DNA of 64,000 bases from Eledone cirrhosa (taxonomy: Eukaryota): the NCBI GenBank assembly GCA_964016885.1, contig OZ024741.1, forward strand, positions 336,474,001-336,538,000. Reading direction: 5' to 3'. The translations under genes were made by a program, and so were the position numbers. Positions within the stretch are counted from its first letter, which is position 1. Each line of letters opens with the position of its first letter. Shown here one piece after another: positions 39,013-53,400 of the stretch. Below the pieces are notes generated by a model. That model saw only the letters and a program-made list of their open reading frames with translations. It did not search any database and was not told where the DNA came from.

Positions 39013-41758
39013 ATTGTAATTGTTCTGGCTTTTTACATATTGTGTTCAAAATCTGCCATGGTGAACTTTACTTTTCAACTTTCTGGATTCGATAGAATAA
39101 AGTATCCCTTAAGTATTGGGGTTGATTTAATCAACTTTGCTGGCCTTGTGCCTAACTTAAAAAGCTACATTAGTGAGGGTGATATTTCACATATTTTTCT
39201 GTGTAATGTTCTAAAGCAAAGAATTTGACATTTTTCTATTGCACTGTTATAGAATCAAAATGTTTATTTCTTTCATAGATTTATAAATCCTATTAATTAT
39301 GAAGAATTAATAATTTAAGATTGCACAGGTTTCTTTGACTTAATAGGCTTAAAACCTAATTGTTTTTATTTTCTTATTTTTTATATCTTATTTATTTTTT
39401 ATTTTAATTTAATTTAGGATTTTGTTTTACATATTCTACTCTTATTTAATATCTCACTAATAAGCAGAACGTTAATGAGCAAAGCAAGATCTTAATATGA
39501 AGTCAAGGTTTCATATTCATTATTTATTTGAAAAGAGTGCTACCTTTGCTTGAAATATTTGTTGGAAATTTTTCTTTAAATAATTAAGAAATGTGGCAAG
39601 ATTTTAATAAGCGACATTATTTAAAAAGTCAGTTTTTTAAAGAATTTTATTTAAGATACATCAATTAAAAATACTTTAGATGAAAATATAATAATTCATG
39701 ACCACTAACATTATTTTTCCAAACTCAAGAAAGCATTTAGATAAGTTTGAAAGCAGAGGCAATGGATAGGAGTTCCAGCTAGTTCCTGTCAACAAAATCT
39801 CCATATGGTTTAAATACACAAGTCTCTAATATCTAAATGGCTAAGTGTCAGCAGAAAGACACCCAGGAGTCATGACCTGGATGTGGTCATGGCCCCTTAG
39901 AGTATAAGAAGTTAAGGGTCAAAATAATCACTTGAGGAGAGTTGTTCTCTGAAAACTTTCTGCTCTCCAGCTCTCCTGAGAGTTTCTTACCACTTCACTT
40001 TTCAGAATTTGAGAGTCTCCAGTCCTATACAGTTTAGAAGCATCAGCAAAATCTGAAATGCGTAGGAGAAAGTATTGCCAAATAAATAAAGATCAGTTTG
40101 TGACATAAATTTAATATATGGTTCATCACTGAAATGGCTTCGTGAAATTCAAATTAGTAAGTCAAGAAATAAAAACAAAATGTGATATTTCTTAATACTA
40201 TATAAGAATTAGATAAATAGGGAAATAAATATATCCTCTAATCACAAGGGACTCACTCACTGATCAAAGTACCATTGTGGGTTGTGTAAAAAAAGAATCT
40301 CTAGGCTAAGTTATTAACATTAGAGAGACATAATCAATAAGCAATCACTATTTGATTTTTTTTTTTTTTTCATGACAATAATAAGAGAATCTGGTTTATA
40401 TTCAGTGAGAAATAAAAGTAATTGAATGGGATGTCTGTTTAATGAAGTGAATATGGCTTATTGTAAAAAAAAAACAAAAAAACAAAATGGCTATCTAAGG
40501 AAGAATGAAGAAAATGTTGATTAATAACCATGTTAAAAACTAGAGTGACTGTTGACTTCCTGGAATCATTACTTCAGGGTAATTTGTGAGGAGTGTCTGA
40601 AATGTTCATAGACTGACAAAGATACTCCCCCACACACACCTAAACACACACACACACCTACCCCTGGGCACCAAGGACACCAAGTTAAATTATGGTGTGC
40701 TTTCATCAGATAAAATATAATATAGATAAGTTTTATAAATAAATATTGACATACCCTTAAAGAATGCGACCATTTCTGTTGGAAGCTCCCGGATAGTGGG
40801 GTTATAAATTTATTTATACTATTATGCAAATTAGTGTCAGATATTCTTAAATCACAGTAGATTTAAAATAAGCCGTTGTGGTATGGAGAGAGGGAAAGAG
40901 AAAAAAGAAAAAAGAGAAAAAAGAAAAAAAGAAAAAAGCAGCTTTAAGAGGAAAATAAGAAAACAAGAAAAAGAGAAAGAGAGAAAGAGAAGAAAAAAGA
41001 AAAGAGAAAAGAGAAAGCGAAAGAGAAAGCCCTAAGTGATAGGTTGTTGTATTAGCATAACTTTTAAGATGAAGTGAAAAAATAAATATTTTTGGATGAG
41101 TAAAGTAAATAAGTAAATAAGCGTGAATGGAAAATACTCGTGAATGGAAAATGAATTTTAACCAGTGTTTAAATATGATTAAATGTTTAATTTATCAATT
41201 AAATTACCCATCAAATTATTGAGATCTATACATTAAAAGTTGAGATCTATATATTATTAAAAATCTCTATATTATTAAAACCCATATATTATTAAAAGAA
41301 TATATTCATATATATACGTACGCACACATACATATAAATATATATATATACCTACACATACCATACACATAGATAAAGGACTTTTTATGTATAAGATATA
41401 GGAATTTTCTTAAACTTATATCTTTTTCTGAGAAACCAGAGAAAAGCCCGGAGAAAAACATTTCTATGTAATAGCAAAACAGCGTGAAGGAAATTAAGTT
41501 ATTTACCTATATTAAATGTTATAAATGTCAAGATAACAAAAGAAATTTAAGATTATAGAAACCTTATATTATAAATTTTATATTTAGTAAATCCACCTGT
41601 TATGTAGTTGTGACTGTTATTATATAAGTTTGTTTATCACGAACCTTAAGGAAACCCTTATAATCTAGTGCATTTGAATTGTATGCATATATATACATAT
41701 ATATACACAACTCGCACACATATACACATAGACATAGATACACATACAGGTAGATATG

Positions 41759-41884
<126 letters not shown>

Positions 41885-42360
41885 GTACAGTACATAGTAT
41901 AATTGCAGTACATAATATATGAAAAAATAAGATAAAAATGAATTATATTACGATTTGGAAATATATTCTTACAATTATAAGCAATATAACTTTAAAGCAA
42001 TATAATTTTTAAAATATAATTTACAAAAATTACAGAATATCTTAAGATATAATTTTAAAATAAGAATATGTCTAAAAAATTCAGTATAAAATTTTAATTT
42101 TTTTATACAATATTTAACTCTCAGTATGTTTAACTTAATTTTATAACTATATGGGAAATTGTCAAAGAAAAAGAAAGTGAAACTTTCAAAAATAGGAGAA
42201 ACCTTTCAAAGAAAATATTTTCTCCTTTTAAGAGCTTTCGGTATGTTTATCTAGAAAAATTTACTAGAAAAATGTTTTATATTTGAGAGTTTAAGCAGTC
42301 AAATGAAGGAATCTAATGATTTATCGATAGGTTCAATATATTAATAGAATTAATTATATA

Positions 42361-42939
42361 TTACATTTTAAATTTATATTTAAACGTTGAGTTCAATCTA
42401 TGTCTGCAGCAACTGAATAGATTGCTTCTTACATTTAGGGAATTTTTGCTTTTTAATATAAAGAATATTTCCTCTATACAAAGATCACAATTTTCTGAAG
42501 AGGAATCAAAAGGAGTAGCTTTTGAAATAATATTCCAAAGTAACGAATATTTAACGCTCTTTAATTTGAGGTCCCATAATAAGCTAGATAGAGAAGTTGA
42601 AGATTTTTTGTTTAAATGCTAAAAGAGCTTTTATGGTTATTAAAACGAGATTTAAAATCTGTGGAAGTATTTAAATGAATTTAAATTAGTTATTACATTA
42701 CAATTATATACTATATTTTTAGCTAAGCAATTGTTATTTAACGGACAATTAGATTTATTTCTACAGTTACATTTATCAAATTGGATATTGCTGGGGTTAT
42801 TAGTGGTATTTTGGTTAGGTTTTAAATTTCTATTGTTAATTCTATTAATATTCTGCGCTAAATTTTTGGTGGATGAATAAGTTAATTTTATAGTATGTCT
42901 ATTAAAAATTGAGTAATATCTATGTGTTCTAGGGAAGCA
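42361..42939 (-). pseudogene. PLE linker plus GIY-YIG endonuclease C-terminus (frameshifted)
   Basis: Manual translation: CFPRTHRYYSIFNRHTIKLTYSST..CNCRNKSNCPLNNNCLAKNIVYNCNV..FKYF / DFKSRFNNHKSSF / STSLSSLLWDLK..YSLLWNII..CDLCIEE..LNVRSNLFSCCRHR..stop. Confidence 0.88.
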
Positions 42940-43018
42940 TATCCGGGAGCTTCCAACAGAAATGGTCGCATTCTTTAAGGGTATGTCAATATGTATTTAT
43001 AAAACTTATCTATATTAT

Positions 43019-43081
43019 ATTTTATCTGATGAAAGCACACCATAATTTAACTTGGTGTCCTTGCAATATGTATAATGAAAT
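43019..43081 (+). ncRNA. Hammerhead ribozyme of the PLE pseudo-LTR, core mutated (GAAA to GCAA)
   Basis: attttat-CTGATGA-aagcacacca..tggtgtcctt-GCAA-tatgta-TA-atgaaat. The minus-strand copy at 40672-40716 ends right after stem II. Confidence 0.72.
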
Positions 43082-43215
43082 AAATATGGTTTTATAAATA
43101 TAGTTTCTATTTGTTAATATATCGTATTTTTACTCCAATAATTTGTTGAGTGCTTTATATCAGTTATAAAAATATTTGCTAGTTGTATCCCAACAATTTA
43201 AATAGAACTTCTACA

Positions 43216-43283
<68 letters not shown>

Positions 43284-43450
43284 ATATATATATTATATAT
43301 ATATATTATATATATATTTATATATGGTCACCCGACCAACCTTGCCTCAAGTGGGACAACTCCCGTCTAACCCATGCTAGCGTGGAAAGTGGACGTTAAA
43401 CGAGGATGATGATGATGATGATGATAATATATATATATTATATATATTAT

Positions 43451-43487
<37 letters not shown>

Positions 43488-43832
43488 ACGTTTAAAGTCT
43501 ACCTTCCATGGTAGCATGGGTTTAGACGAGAATTGTCCCACTTGAAGCAAGATTGGTTGGGTGACGATGTCTCACTCATATAGGACTATCTGGCAGGTTT
43601 TCTACGGCTGGATGCCCTTCCTAACACCAACCACATTTACAGTGTGGACATATATATTATATATATATTATATATATATTATATATATATATTATATATA
43701 TATATTATATATATATATTATATGTATATATATATATTATATGTATATATATATATTATATATATTATATATATATTATATATTATATATATATATTATA
43801 TATATATTATATATATACATATATATATATAT

Positions 43833-44791
43833 AACTAGACATGAAAAATGCGCAAGCTCAAAAGTGCCACAGAATGTTATAATAAACCTTCAAAAGTGTG
43901 GGACTAGAGTTGTTGCTAAAAAATATTGTAATCATTATATATCGTACATTCTGTGGCATCCTTTATAAAAATAGCTTAAACCAACGAAGCCTTTATTTTT
44001 ACGCTATTTCACTTAGTTAATTCTTAGAGTGTAACATATAAAAATATCATTTACAACTATAAAATAAATTAATTAATATAATAACAGAGCTGCGGAGCTG
44101 AAATTTAGGAAATAATGGAGTATCGGATCCTGAGTTGGAGCCAGTCAATTTTTGGCCGACTCCGCAGCCCTGTATAATACATTTCATATTAAAGTTATTA
44201 ATAAACCTATTTTACACTTCATGCAAATTACCACGAGATATTGATATTAGATATAAGATACAGCGCAATATCTACAGCTGTAAAAGTACGAAAGCGAAGT
44301 TATAATAAGTGGCTTAAGGTAATTCCAATATGAAAGTTTGTAGTGATAAAAATTTGATAATGCAATACGATTGTTAATATTATAGTTCTATGAAAATGTA
44401 ACAATAGATAACTAAATTATTTTACTATTAGTATATTTAAGAAATTATCATTATAGATTTGATCGTTCATATAAGCATCATATTAAGTTTCAACACAATT
44501 ATTTTGTTACTATGAGTATATGATAATAATATTACGTAATTATTTATAGCTGTTATTACATTAAACATAGATGTATTTATTTTTATATGTTACACTCTAA
44601 GAATTAACTAAGTGAAATAGCGTAAAAATAAAGGCTTCGATGGTTTAAGCTATTTTTATAAAGGATGCCACAGAATGTACGATATATAATGATTACAATA
44701 TTTTTTAGCAACAACTCTAGTCCCACACTTTTGAAGGTTTATTATAACATTCTGTGGCACTTTTGAGCTTGCGCATTTTTCATGTCTAGTT
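43833..44791. mobile_element. Element with 214-bp inverted repeats and non-coding AT-rich interior
   Basis: 43833-44046 is the reverse complement of 44578-44791 with one mismatch. The left end abuts (TA)n; no TSD is evident. Confidence 0.85.
44085..44172. mobile_element. 88-bp hAT-like MITE
   Basis: TIRs cagagctgcggag / ctccgcagccctg; 8-bp TSD tataataa/tataatac. Confidence 0.8.
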
Positions 44792-45344
44792 TAATATTTT
44801 TTTAAGGCAACGCTTGTAATAACTCTAGTTAAACAGGATATATATTAATAATAAATTATCGTTGTAATGTAATTAGATTATGTAATTGTTATTATAAATT
44901 ATCTTATAAATATTAGTGTAAGATGTATAAAAATATTTTCAGACTTTTAATATAAACAACTACAAAAAACAATCAATATTAAATCAATATATTATACATA
45001 ATAGAAAACATAAAATATACAATACAAAAACAAAATATTTACATACAATTGCAATTATCAGTGTATATACATTTTCTTTATATTCCCTGAGCAAATTAAT
45101 AAGATTTGTTTTTATTGTACATAATTTGATGACTTGTTGGAGTGTATTAAAAGATAGCAACAATTTGTGATTAAATTGTTATCTTAAGCAACTCACTTTT
45201 TAATAGTTGTTGGCTGAGCGAAATTGTAAAAGCCTATGAGCAAATATAAAAAAAAATACACAAACAACATTTCCTTGTGTTATTACAACATTAGATAAAA
45301 TAATTGAGCAATGTCGTTATATTTTGCTCTTATTGCACATTAAT

Positions 45345-45513
45345 AGTGTTTCTATTTTTCGGCACAAATCCATTACGGCAGTCCATTACTGGTACTTTAT
45401 TTTATCGAATTAGTAAGTATGAAAGTCGAAGTTAACCTCGGCAGGATTTGAACTTAGAATGCAAAGGACCATAACAATACTGCAAAGCATGGTGTCTGAC
45501 GCTCTACCAATAC
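45345..45513 (-). mobile_element. tRNA-derived SINE
   Basis: Reverse complement of the main SINE, diverged. Confidence 0.8.
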
Positions 45514-45907
45514 TTGTGTTGAGCTGGTCATTAATTTATGGTGGTCGTGCGTGGAGTAGAGCAATCGCTAGTTGAAATATTATGAACAAAACATTTTTAT
45601 TTGCCGAAGAACATATTTTCAATACTGTTTGTGAATGTGACGAAGGAAATACATTCTGATATGGAACAGTGTACAAAGTGTGTCTGTGAATAACATAATG
45701 TTACCTCATGTTGTTGTCAAGACATAATGGATTTCGTATATCCAGTTAGAAGATGAAACCTAGCCATCTCGGATTAGTTATATTTCATGCCATGTGTAAA
45801 CGTGTTTGAGGATAGCAAAATATGCGCGTTAATTATAATAATTAGTTAATAATATTACAAAATATACCTAATTAAACTCTTTGCTTGAAATTTTATCATT
45901 CTTCGTT

Positions 45908-45956
<49 letters not shown>

Positions 45957-47304
45957 TTATCTAGTCCTTCGCTCAAGATTAATCTATAAGTTTAGATGTT
46001 TGCCTTCGTTTAAGTAAATATTACAGTAAGATTTTTAATATAAACAACTACAAAAAACAATTAATATTAAAACGAAAAAATTATCAATGATAAAAGAAGC
46101 GGATGCAACTTTTTTTTTTATAAAGTTATATTCCTGTTTCTTTAAAGAACATTTCATTTTTGTTCTATTGTAGGCGAAATAATGCAATGGTTTAATAGGG
46201 AAGATATAACTTACGAATTATGTCTCTAACCGTGTAACGCGTTTTAAGTAGATAACTACAATTGAAAATACTAAAGAAATGGAACCAACAATTCAATTTG
46301 AAAGTCGTCTAGTGACAGTGTATTACTGGTACTTTATTTTATCGACCCCGTAACGATGAAAGGCAAAAATGCAAATGCTTAAAATTTAAATTGCCTTAAT
46401 TCTATCGTCTGCTGTTTCATTAAAGGGAGATTATCGTCTGTATTTAATTCTATCGTCTACTGTTCCACTAAACAGATATACCTCCACTATCGTCTCTATT
46501 TATACATTTTAACTTATAACTTATACACATTTGATTTGAAATATTTTATCTAGTCCCCCCTCTCAATATTATGATGATTTCTTTCGAATGAAACAGTTCT
46601 AGTCCTGTAGAAACCATTTATATATATAATTGAACTGAGTTAAAAATTCACAATATTTATAATTAAATAAGCTCATATATATATGTGTGTATTTATCTGT
46701 TTATTGTATTATATATAATGTGTGTATATACAGGATGTCCCCCAAAAATATATACACACTTCAACAGCATTCTAATAACTATTGCCTGTACAGGTAATCA
46801 AAGTGTCAATCGAATGTTAGTTTCGTGTTTTAACAGTACAAATTTACAATACACACATAAAACCAGTGTATATACATACATGAGTGTGTATACACATACA
46901 TGAATGTGTATATACAATATATATGTATATATATATATAGACACATATATTCACGGTGCAACGGTACATTAAAATATAGATGCGGGAGAGGGGGGTGTAT
47001 ATATAGGGGCGCTGGGGATAAAGGAGTGTAAAGCGTGTGTAATTGATATATTGAAGGAGAGGAGCGTGCAGCGATAGAGTAACAAATATATAGAGAGGGG
47101 GAGAGATGGTATTGAAGGGGAGGAGTGCAAAGCGAAAGAGTAAGAGATATATATAGAGACGGAACAGATAGAGAGAAACAGGCGTAAGTAACAGTGGAAG
47201 AGATATAGAGAGAGGTACTCTGATTGGTTGAAAATTAGCCAATGACATACGATCACCACCACCACGGCTATCCCCGAAAAATTTTTTAAGAAGCTACGCA
47301 TATA

Positions 47305-47359
47305 TGTTAGAACACGAAAAGTGAACATTCTGTTGTTTCACACTTTTCGTGTTCTAACA
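47305..47359. repeat. Perfect 19-bp hairpin at the end of a CpG/GA-rich insert (about 46955-47359)
   Basis: tgttagaacacgaaaagtg-17nt-cacttttcgtgttctaaca. Confidence 0.85.
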
Positions 47360-47439
47360 GATATATAATATATGTATATATATATATAATATATTATATA
47401 TATACATATATATATATTATATATTATATATAAATACAT

Positions 47440-47746
47440 TCCCACTACCCCAACTCCCCCACCCCCATCAACACCACCCCTTTCTCTGTAAAGTTATGTT
47501 GGTACCACAACATTCAGTCCTAAATAAATGAGGTTGTGTGGGTGTCACGACAAAAAACACAGTCCACACTGTAATGTGGCCATATAGGTAACACGGTAAA
47601 AACCTCCCAGTCCACACTGTAAACGTGGTTGGTGTTAGGAAGGGCATCCAGCCGTAGAAAACCTGCCAGACAGTCCCATACGAGCGAGATGACCAATCTT
47701 GCCTCAAGTGGGACAATTCCCGTCTAAACCCATGCTAGCGTGGAAG
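47440..47746 (+). mobile_element. RTE 3'UTR fragment
   Basis: Very similar to the reverse complement of 8160-8460. Confidence 0.85.
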
Positions 47747-47789
47747 ATACAGTGAGTGCTGGGTGCTTTTTTGCCGTGGCACCTCCACA

Positions 47790-47976
47790 ACCACTTTGCA
47801 GTGGAATGATCGGGAACCCAGTCCTATCATCTCATTTCTACAGCTGAGTAAACTGGAGCAATGTGAAATAAAGTGTCTTGCTCAAAGAAACAACACATCA
47901 CCTGGTTCTGAGAATTGAACTCACAAACTTTCGATTGCAAGGCCAATGCTCTAACCACTAAGCCATGTGCCTCCAC
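47790..47976 (-). mobile_element. Second tRNA-derived SINE family (CORE/Meta-like centre)
   Basis: Minus strand: gtggaggcacatggcttagtggttagagc..gagttcaattc..tttgagcaagacacttt..actcagctgtagaaatgag. Confidence 0.75.
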
Positions 47977-48028
47977 TGTTATATATATTATATATATATA
48001 TTATACATATATTATATATATATACATA

Positions 48029-48212
48029 TGGATTGGCAGTATCGGTAGAGAGTCGGACACCATGCTTTGAAGCATAGAGTTACGTCCCTTTATGATCTGA
48101 GTTCAAATCCCGCCGAGGTTAACTTTGCCTTTCATCCTTACGGGGTCGATAAAATAAAGTACTAGTAATGTACTGGGTAATTGCTGGCCTTGTGCCTAAA
48201 ATAGAAACAATT
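48029..48212 (+). mobile_element. tRNA-derived SINE inserted in (TA)n
   Basis: Main SINE consensus. Confidence 0.9.
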
Positions 48213-50741
48213 ATATATATATTATATATATATATACATATATATATATTATATATATATATTATACACTTATATATATATAGCAGTAGAACACTGAGAG
48301 GTTATATCCGTAGTAAGTAGAGCACTCAGTCCGTGGGATGAGTTCAGTAGAAGTTAGTACCACAACAGTTTGAAAACCATTTTCGAGGACGTACATTTTA
48401 CCTTGAGGATTTTCAACTTGAGTTGAAAAACTATGTATATATATTTTCTTGATTCTAGATATCTTTTTTCACTTAATCAAATGACACCTGCTGTAAGATG
48501 TGAATACATAATAATTTGTGTATATATATAACCCCAGGGAGGGCCACAGTTAACCTCCCTTGAAAGCCTTATTGCATTTAAGCATGGAAAAAGCAGGCAT
48601 AATGAAAATGAAGATGTATGTATGCATATTTTTATATATGCATGTATTTTTTCTGTGTCTGTGTTAATATAAAACTGATGTTGTACATAAATCGTAACTT
48701 AGATAAAAGATAGACTAAAATAAATGTTGGGGCTCATATAATTGAAAAAAATCCTTGAAGATGAGGCTCTAGAAATAACTGAAATAGGTAAAAGAATTTA
48801 AAAAAAATGAAAACAGATACTGATTTCAGTGCCATCCAGGTTTATGTCAAGTATCTCCTGGTAAAGAATGTATCCAAACTCTTTCAATAATTTCATTGAT
48901 AAACTGAAAAAAATTCCTCTATAGAAGTTTTAAAAAGTACAACAGTTAAATAATCAGCATTTGAGCTCTAATTATAGCCCTATTCACTTATTTGGTTTCT
49001 AGAATTAAAGCTTTTTTCTTTTAAATAAGAAATATGAATCATGAATAGATTAATATAAAGAAGATAGACATCTATTAATTTATTAATTTTTAGTTAATAA
49101 TAAACTGGATATAGACTCAGCTTAAAGATTTTCAATAGTGTTATCACCATTGGACTATCCATATTTTCCCTGAACAATATGGCAATATTTATAACATAGC
49201 TCTTGTGTTTTTTCTATGAATTTTATCTAAGATGTAACATCTCTTACCAAGAAGGAAAAAAAAACAGTATTCGATATTGATTCTCCCTTTGCTGATTGTT
49301 ATATCTCCTCCTTCACTCTTCTTGCCATGGCTGCACAGCTAATCTTTTTTTTTTTTTTTGCGTTGCAACTTTTCCAGCAGTTATCATAAATATTTATTTT
49401 CTTTGTAGCCACAGCATTTTTAGTCAGCTCTGAATATGATTCTTATGATTCTTGTTTTTTTATATATATACTTTTTATCTTATAGTAGTAGTATGTTGTA
49501 ATTAGAATACTGTCTGTTCTATTACTCCCACTGCCTTATTTTATTATTAGCTTTTCATTTAATATTGCAATTAATAAGCGTTTGTTTTAAATTGATTATA
49601 GTCTAAGACTTTCGGTTTCCAATCAGCAGCCACAAGGCTTCGTACTCTCATATTTCTGTCTTTTATATTTGGATTTGCTGTTGTATATAGTATTGAAGGA
49701 AACTAATCAACTTGCAGATATAATTGAAGAAATAGCCTTTTGAACTTCATTGGATCAGTTCTATTAAATATCATTGAGAATCTTTGATTACAACATGTTG
49801 GTTTAAGAGATATGAGGCAAAATAGGATTTTATATTGTCTTTTTTTCATGTTTGTTCTGGGAATTTTACTTTAATTGAGACAAAATTTAATATTAAAACT
49901 CAAAAACAGCAAATTCATTCTCATAAAAAATTTAAAACTTTTTTTCGATAAACTTAAAGTCTATTATAATTTCGAATGTTGAAGAATTGATTCAAATAAA
50001 TCATATGCTGATTTATGTATTTGCATATGCTTGTATCTCTATACAGAGCTTGTACAGAAACATATGTACATAAACAAACTCAGAGTCACATGTTTTTCAA
50101 GAATTTGCCATGAAAGTTGATACATGTTTTCTAAAAACAATTCACGATGTTGTCATTTCAATTTAAAGTACTTCCCAAATTTTCTTTCTTTGTTTTGATA
50201 CAACTCTCATTAATTTTCCCATCCAACATATCACAATAACTTAATTCATTAAATCTTCTCTCCATATTTCCCAAGGTGTACCTGTTTTCAGATATTGGCA
50301 TTCTAGAAAAATCTCATGAGTTCTTATTTACATTTGCTAATTTAAATTTCAAGAGAAGAATCATGAGATGGCAGGGAAAATGTTGCTAACTTCTATAAAG
50401 AAGTATTTTATATTGTATTTTTTTCGAATTATAGTTACTTTAGTGAAGAGATGAGAACCAGACAAGTTACCAAGTGCAATAGACACAGGGTTTTATGTAT
50501 TATAGATGTTCAAAAATAGTTGGTTACAAGAAGTTATTCCAAACATTTCTTGGCTAATTTTCTTTGTTAAAGAATTCACTAGTGAAATAAAGGGGATATT
50601 GAATTAATCTGTTCAACTTGGGGTTCTATTTCTTCTGAATGAACCAAAATACTTTGTCAATAACCTATTTTTCAACAATTTGTATTGTTTACTTTGTCTA
50701 GAGATAATATTTTGTGATTATGTTCACCTGTTTTATTATTG

Positions 50742-50950
50742 CAGTGGATTGGCAGTAATTGGTAAAGCATTAAACAACATGCTTTGCAACATAGAGTTGC
50801 GACCCTTTACATTTTGAGTTCAAATCCCGCCACGATTAACTTTGCTTTCATCCTCACAGAGTCAATATCATAAAGTACCAGTAATGTACTGAAGTTGATT
50901 TAATTGGCTTTCTCCAAAATTGTTGGCTTTGTGCCTAAATCAGAAACCAT
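50742..50950 (+). mobile_element. tRNA-derived SINE (older subfamily)
   Basis: A/B boxes, central domain and tail. Confidence 0.8.
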
Positions 50951-52252
50951 ATGTAATTGTCCATCAATCTTCAAGAGGTGTGAATGATATCATCATCATT
51001 ATTTTTACATCCATTTTTTTCATGCTTGCTTGGGTTGGGGAGGTCCTTTTCAGCATAGCATCTCTCCACTTGCCATATTCCTTGTCACCTCTACTGTAAG
51101 TTTCAACGATTTAATCTTACATTTGTCAGATAGGAAAATGCACTCCAGACTCTGCCATTCAGACATGTTACCCTCTTTCTCTCCCTTTTCTACTACAATG
51201 ACCTTGGCTCCTTGACTGCTTTTGTGATATTACACTCACTTAGACCCATCCACTCAATTTGCTCATCTCTTCTCTTCTCATCACCTATATTGTATCTATC
51301 CTTTCATCACCTGTTCTAACTTTATTTATTAGCCCTTTCTTATCAGAACCTTGATTCTTTCAAATTCCCTCTCTTACAGTTATTAATTTGTAGGTGATCA
51401 AGAAAAAACATAGTTGCATTGATCTCATCAGTTTCAAAGGCCTATGGGCACAACACCTTTCTCTAGATTATAGCATAAAAAAGCGATACATAAAAAAAGA
51501 ACCCCATATAGTTTGAGACGTTTTGTAGATTTATATGATTTTTGAGAAGTTTATTAAGTAATTAAGTCTCAACTACCAACTGACATTATATTCAATTTAG
51601 ATTTTCTTTAACATCATTGCTGTTAAGCACGTTAGTTTTTCCTCTTCTAGATGTCTGCCTTGTTGTTGAGGCAACCAATATTTTATTCACTTTGTCTTGG
51701 TTCTTACCATTTCTTTAAAATCTTTAGTTCTATCAGACTTTACTTAATGGACAAGGAAGTATTGATGACATTTAATAATAGCTCGCATTGTTGACTGATT
51801 CATCTGTGTTTACGTTATAACTAAGACACTGAATGCTGCAATATAGTTCTTGCCTTTATTCTCTTGCATTAATAGTCTGAACTTCAGTAGTTATAGGAAG
51901 TCTTGGCATAAAATGTCTATTTAAAGTGAATTCAACCTTTACAAATTTATTGTGTGTTATGCTGCTGTGTCATATCTTTTTAATATGCAACATTATTTAA
52001 TACATTTAGTTTCATGACTATTGCAGGGTAATATATGATAATGGTTGCAGTTCGTTCACTCTATTAGACGGCAATAACCATTACTTTCTATATGTATATT
52101 CATGGTTTTTGTTTCTTATTTTCTCTTCTTATTTCTCTACTTTTATTCTTATCTTTGTCTTTCTTATATATTTACACATACACATACTCACACACTATAT
52201 ATATATATATATACATATGTGTGTGTGTGTTTGTGTGTGCATGTGTAGATAT

Positions 52253-52322
<70 letters not shown>

Positions 52323-52835
52323 ATATATAATGTCTTCTAATTTTCTCTCTTTTTTGGCTATTGTGTGTCTCAATAAACTTCATTTTGTCCATCATTGTTC
52401 TCTGTTAACATTTCACACTTTTTCTTTCTATAAATTTCTCTTTCCCTCTCTCTCTCACACATACTCTGTCTCTTACTCTCTCTCAAGCTGTCTCCCTCCT
52501 TCTCTTTTCTCTCTCTCTCAACTCTCCTTTCCCTCTCATTCAATGATTTTCACTTTCTCATTCCCACTCTCAAACTGTTCAGTTCACTCTTCAATCTATG
52601 GTTGTTGTTTTCCTCACCTACTTTCTGACAATTTCTTCTATCCCATTATACACACACATACACACACAACCATATATATATATACATACACAGATATATA
52701 TATATTCAGCATGTTCTCTTTGTATACATAATTATATAATTGTACAATAGCTAGCATTCCTCTATTGCTGAAGCTACAATCTATCTTTCTCTTATCCTCC
52801 CTCACTACCTCCTCCCTCTCTCAGTACCCCCCCCC

Positions 52836-52891
<56 letters not shown>

Positions 52892-53000
52892 TACATGCAT
52901 GCATACATATATACACATATATATATATACATACATACATACATATATACATGCATGCATACATATATACATGCATGCATACGTATATATATTCATACAG

Positions 53001-53083
<83 letters not shown>

Positions 53084-53185
53084 AATATATATACGTATGC
53101 ATGCATGTATATATGTATGCATGCATGTATATATGTATGTATGTATGTATATATATATATGTGTATATATGTATGCATGCATGTA

Positions 53186-53248
<63 letters not shown>

Positions 53249-53400
53249 ATGTATGAATATATATATGTATGCATGCATGTATATATGTATGCATGCATGT
53301 ATATATGTATACATGCATGTATATATGTATGTATGTATATATATATGTGTATATATGTAAGCATGCATGTATATATGTATGTATATATATATATGTGTGT
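52836..53400. repeat. Compound microsatellite forming a palindrome of about 400 bp plus a further direct copy
   Basis: The block catgcatgcatacatatatac..acgtatatatattcatac is mirrored about the (TA)n at about 53019-53054. Confidence 0.8.

Noticed and set aside
42062-43200. Plus-strand stop-poor frame (ORF 42422-42622), possible alternative genetic code
   Set aside because: It is an antisense shadow of the minus-strand PLE ORF and contains both TAA and TGA stops.
44590-44625. Degenerate hammerhead (ctaaga..gaaa) in the 214-bp arm
   Set aside because: The core is incomplete and there is no stem III.
46729-46845. Tc1-like terminus (ta-caggatgtccc)
   Set aside because: No matching second TIR found; too weak to call.
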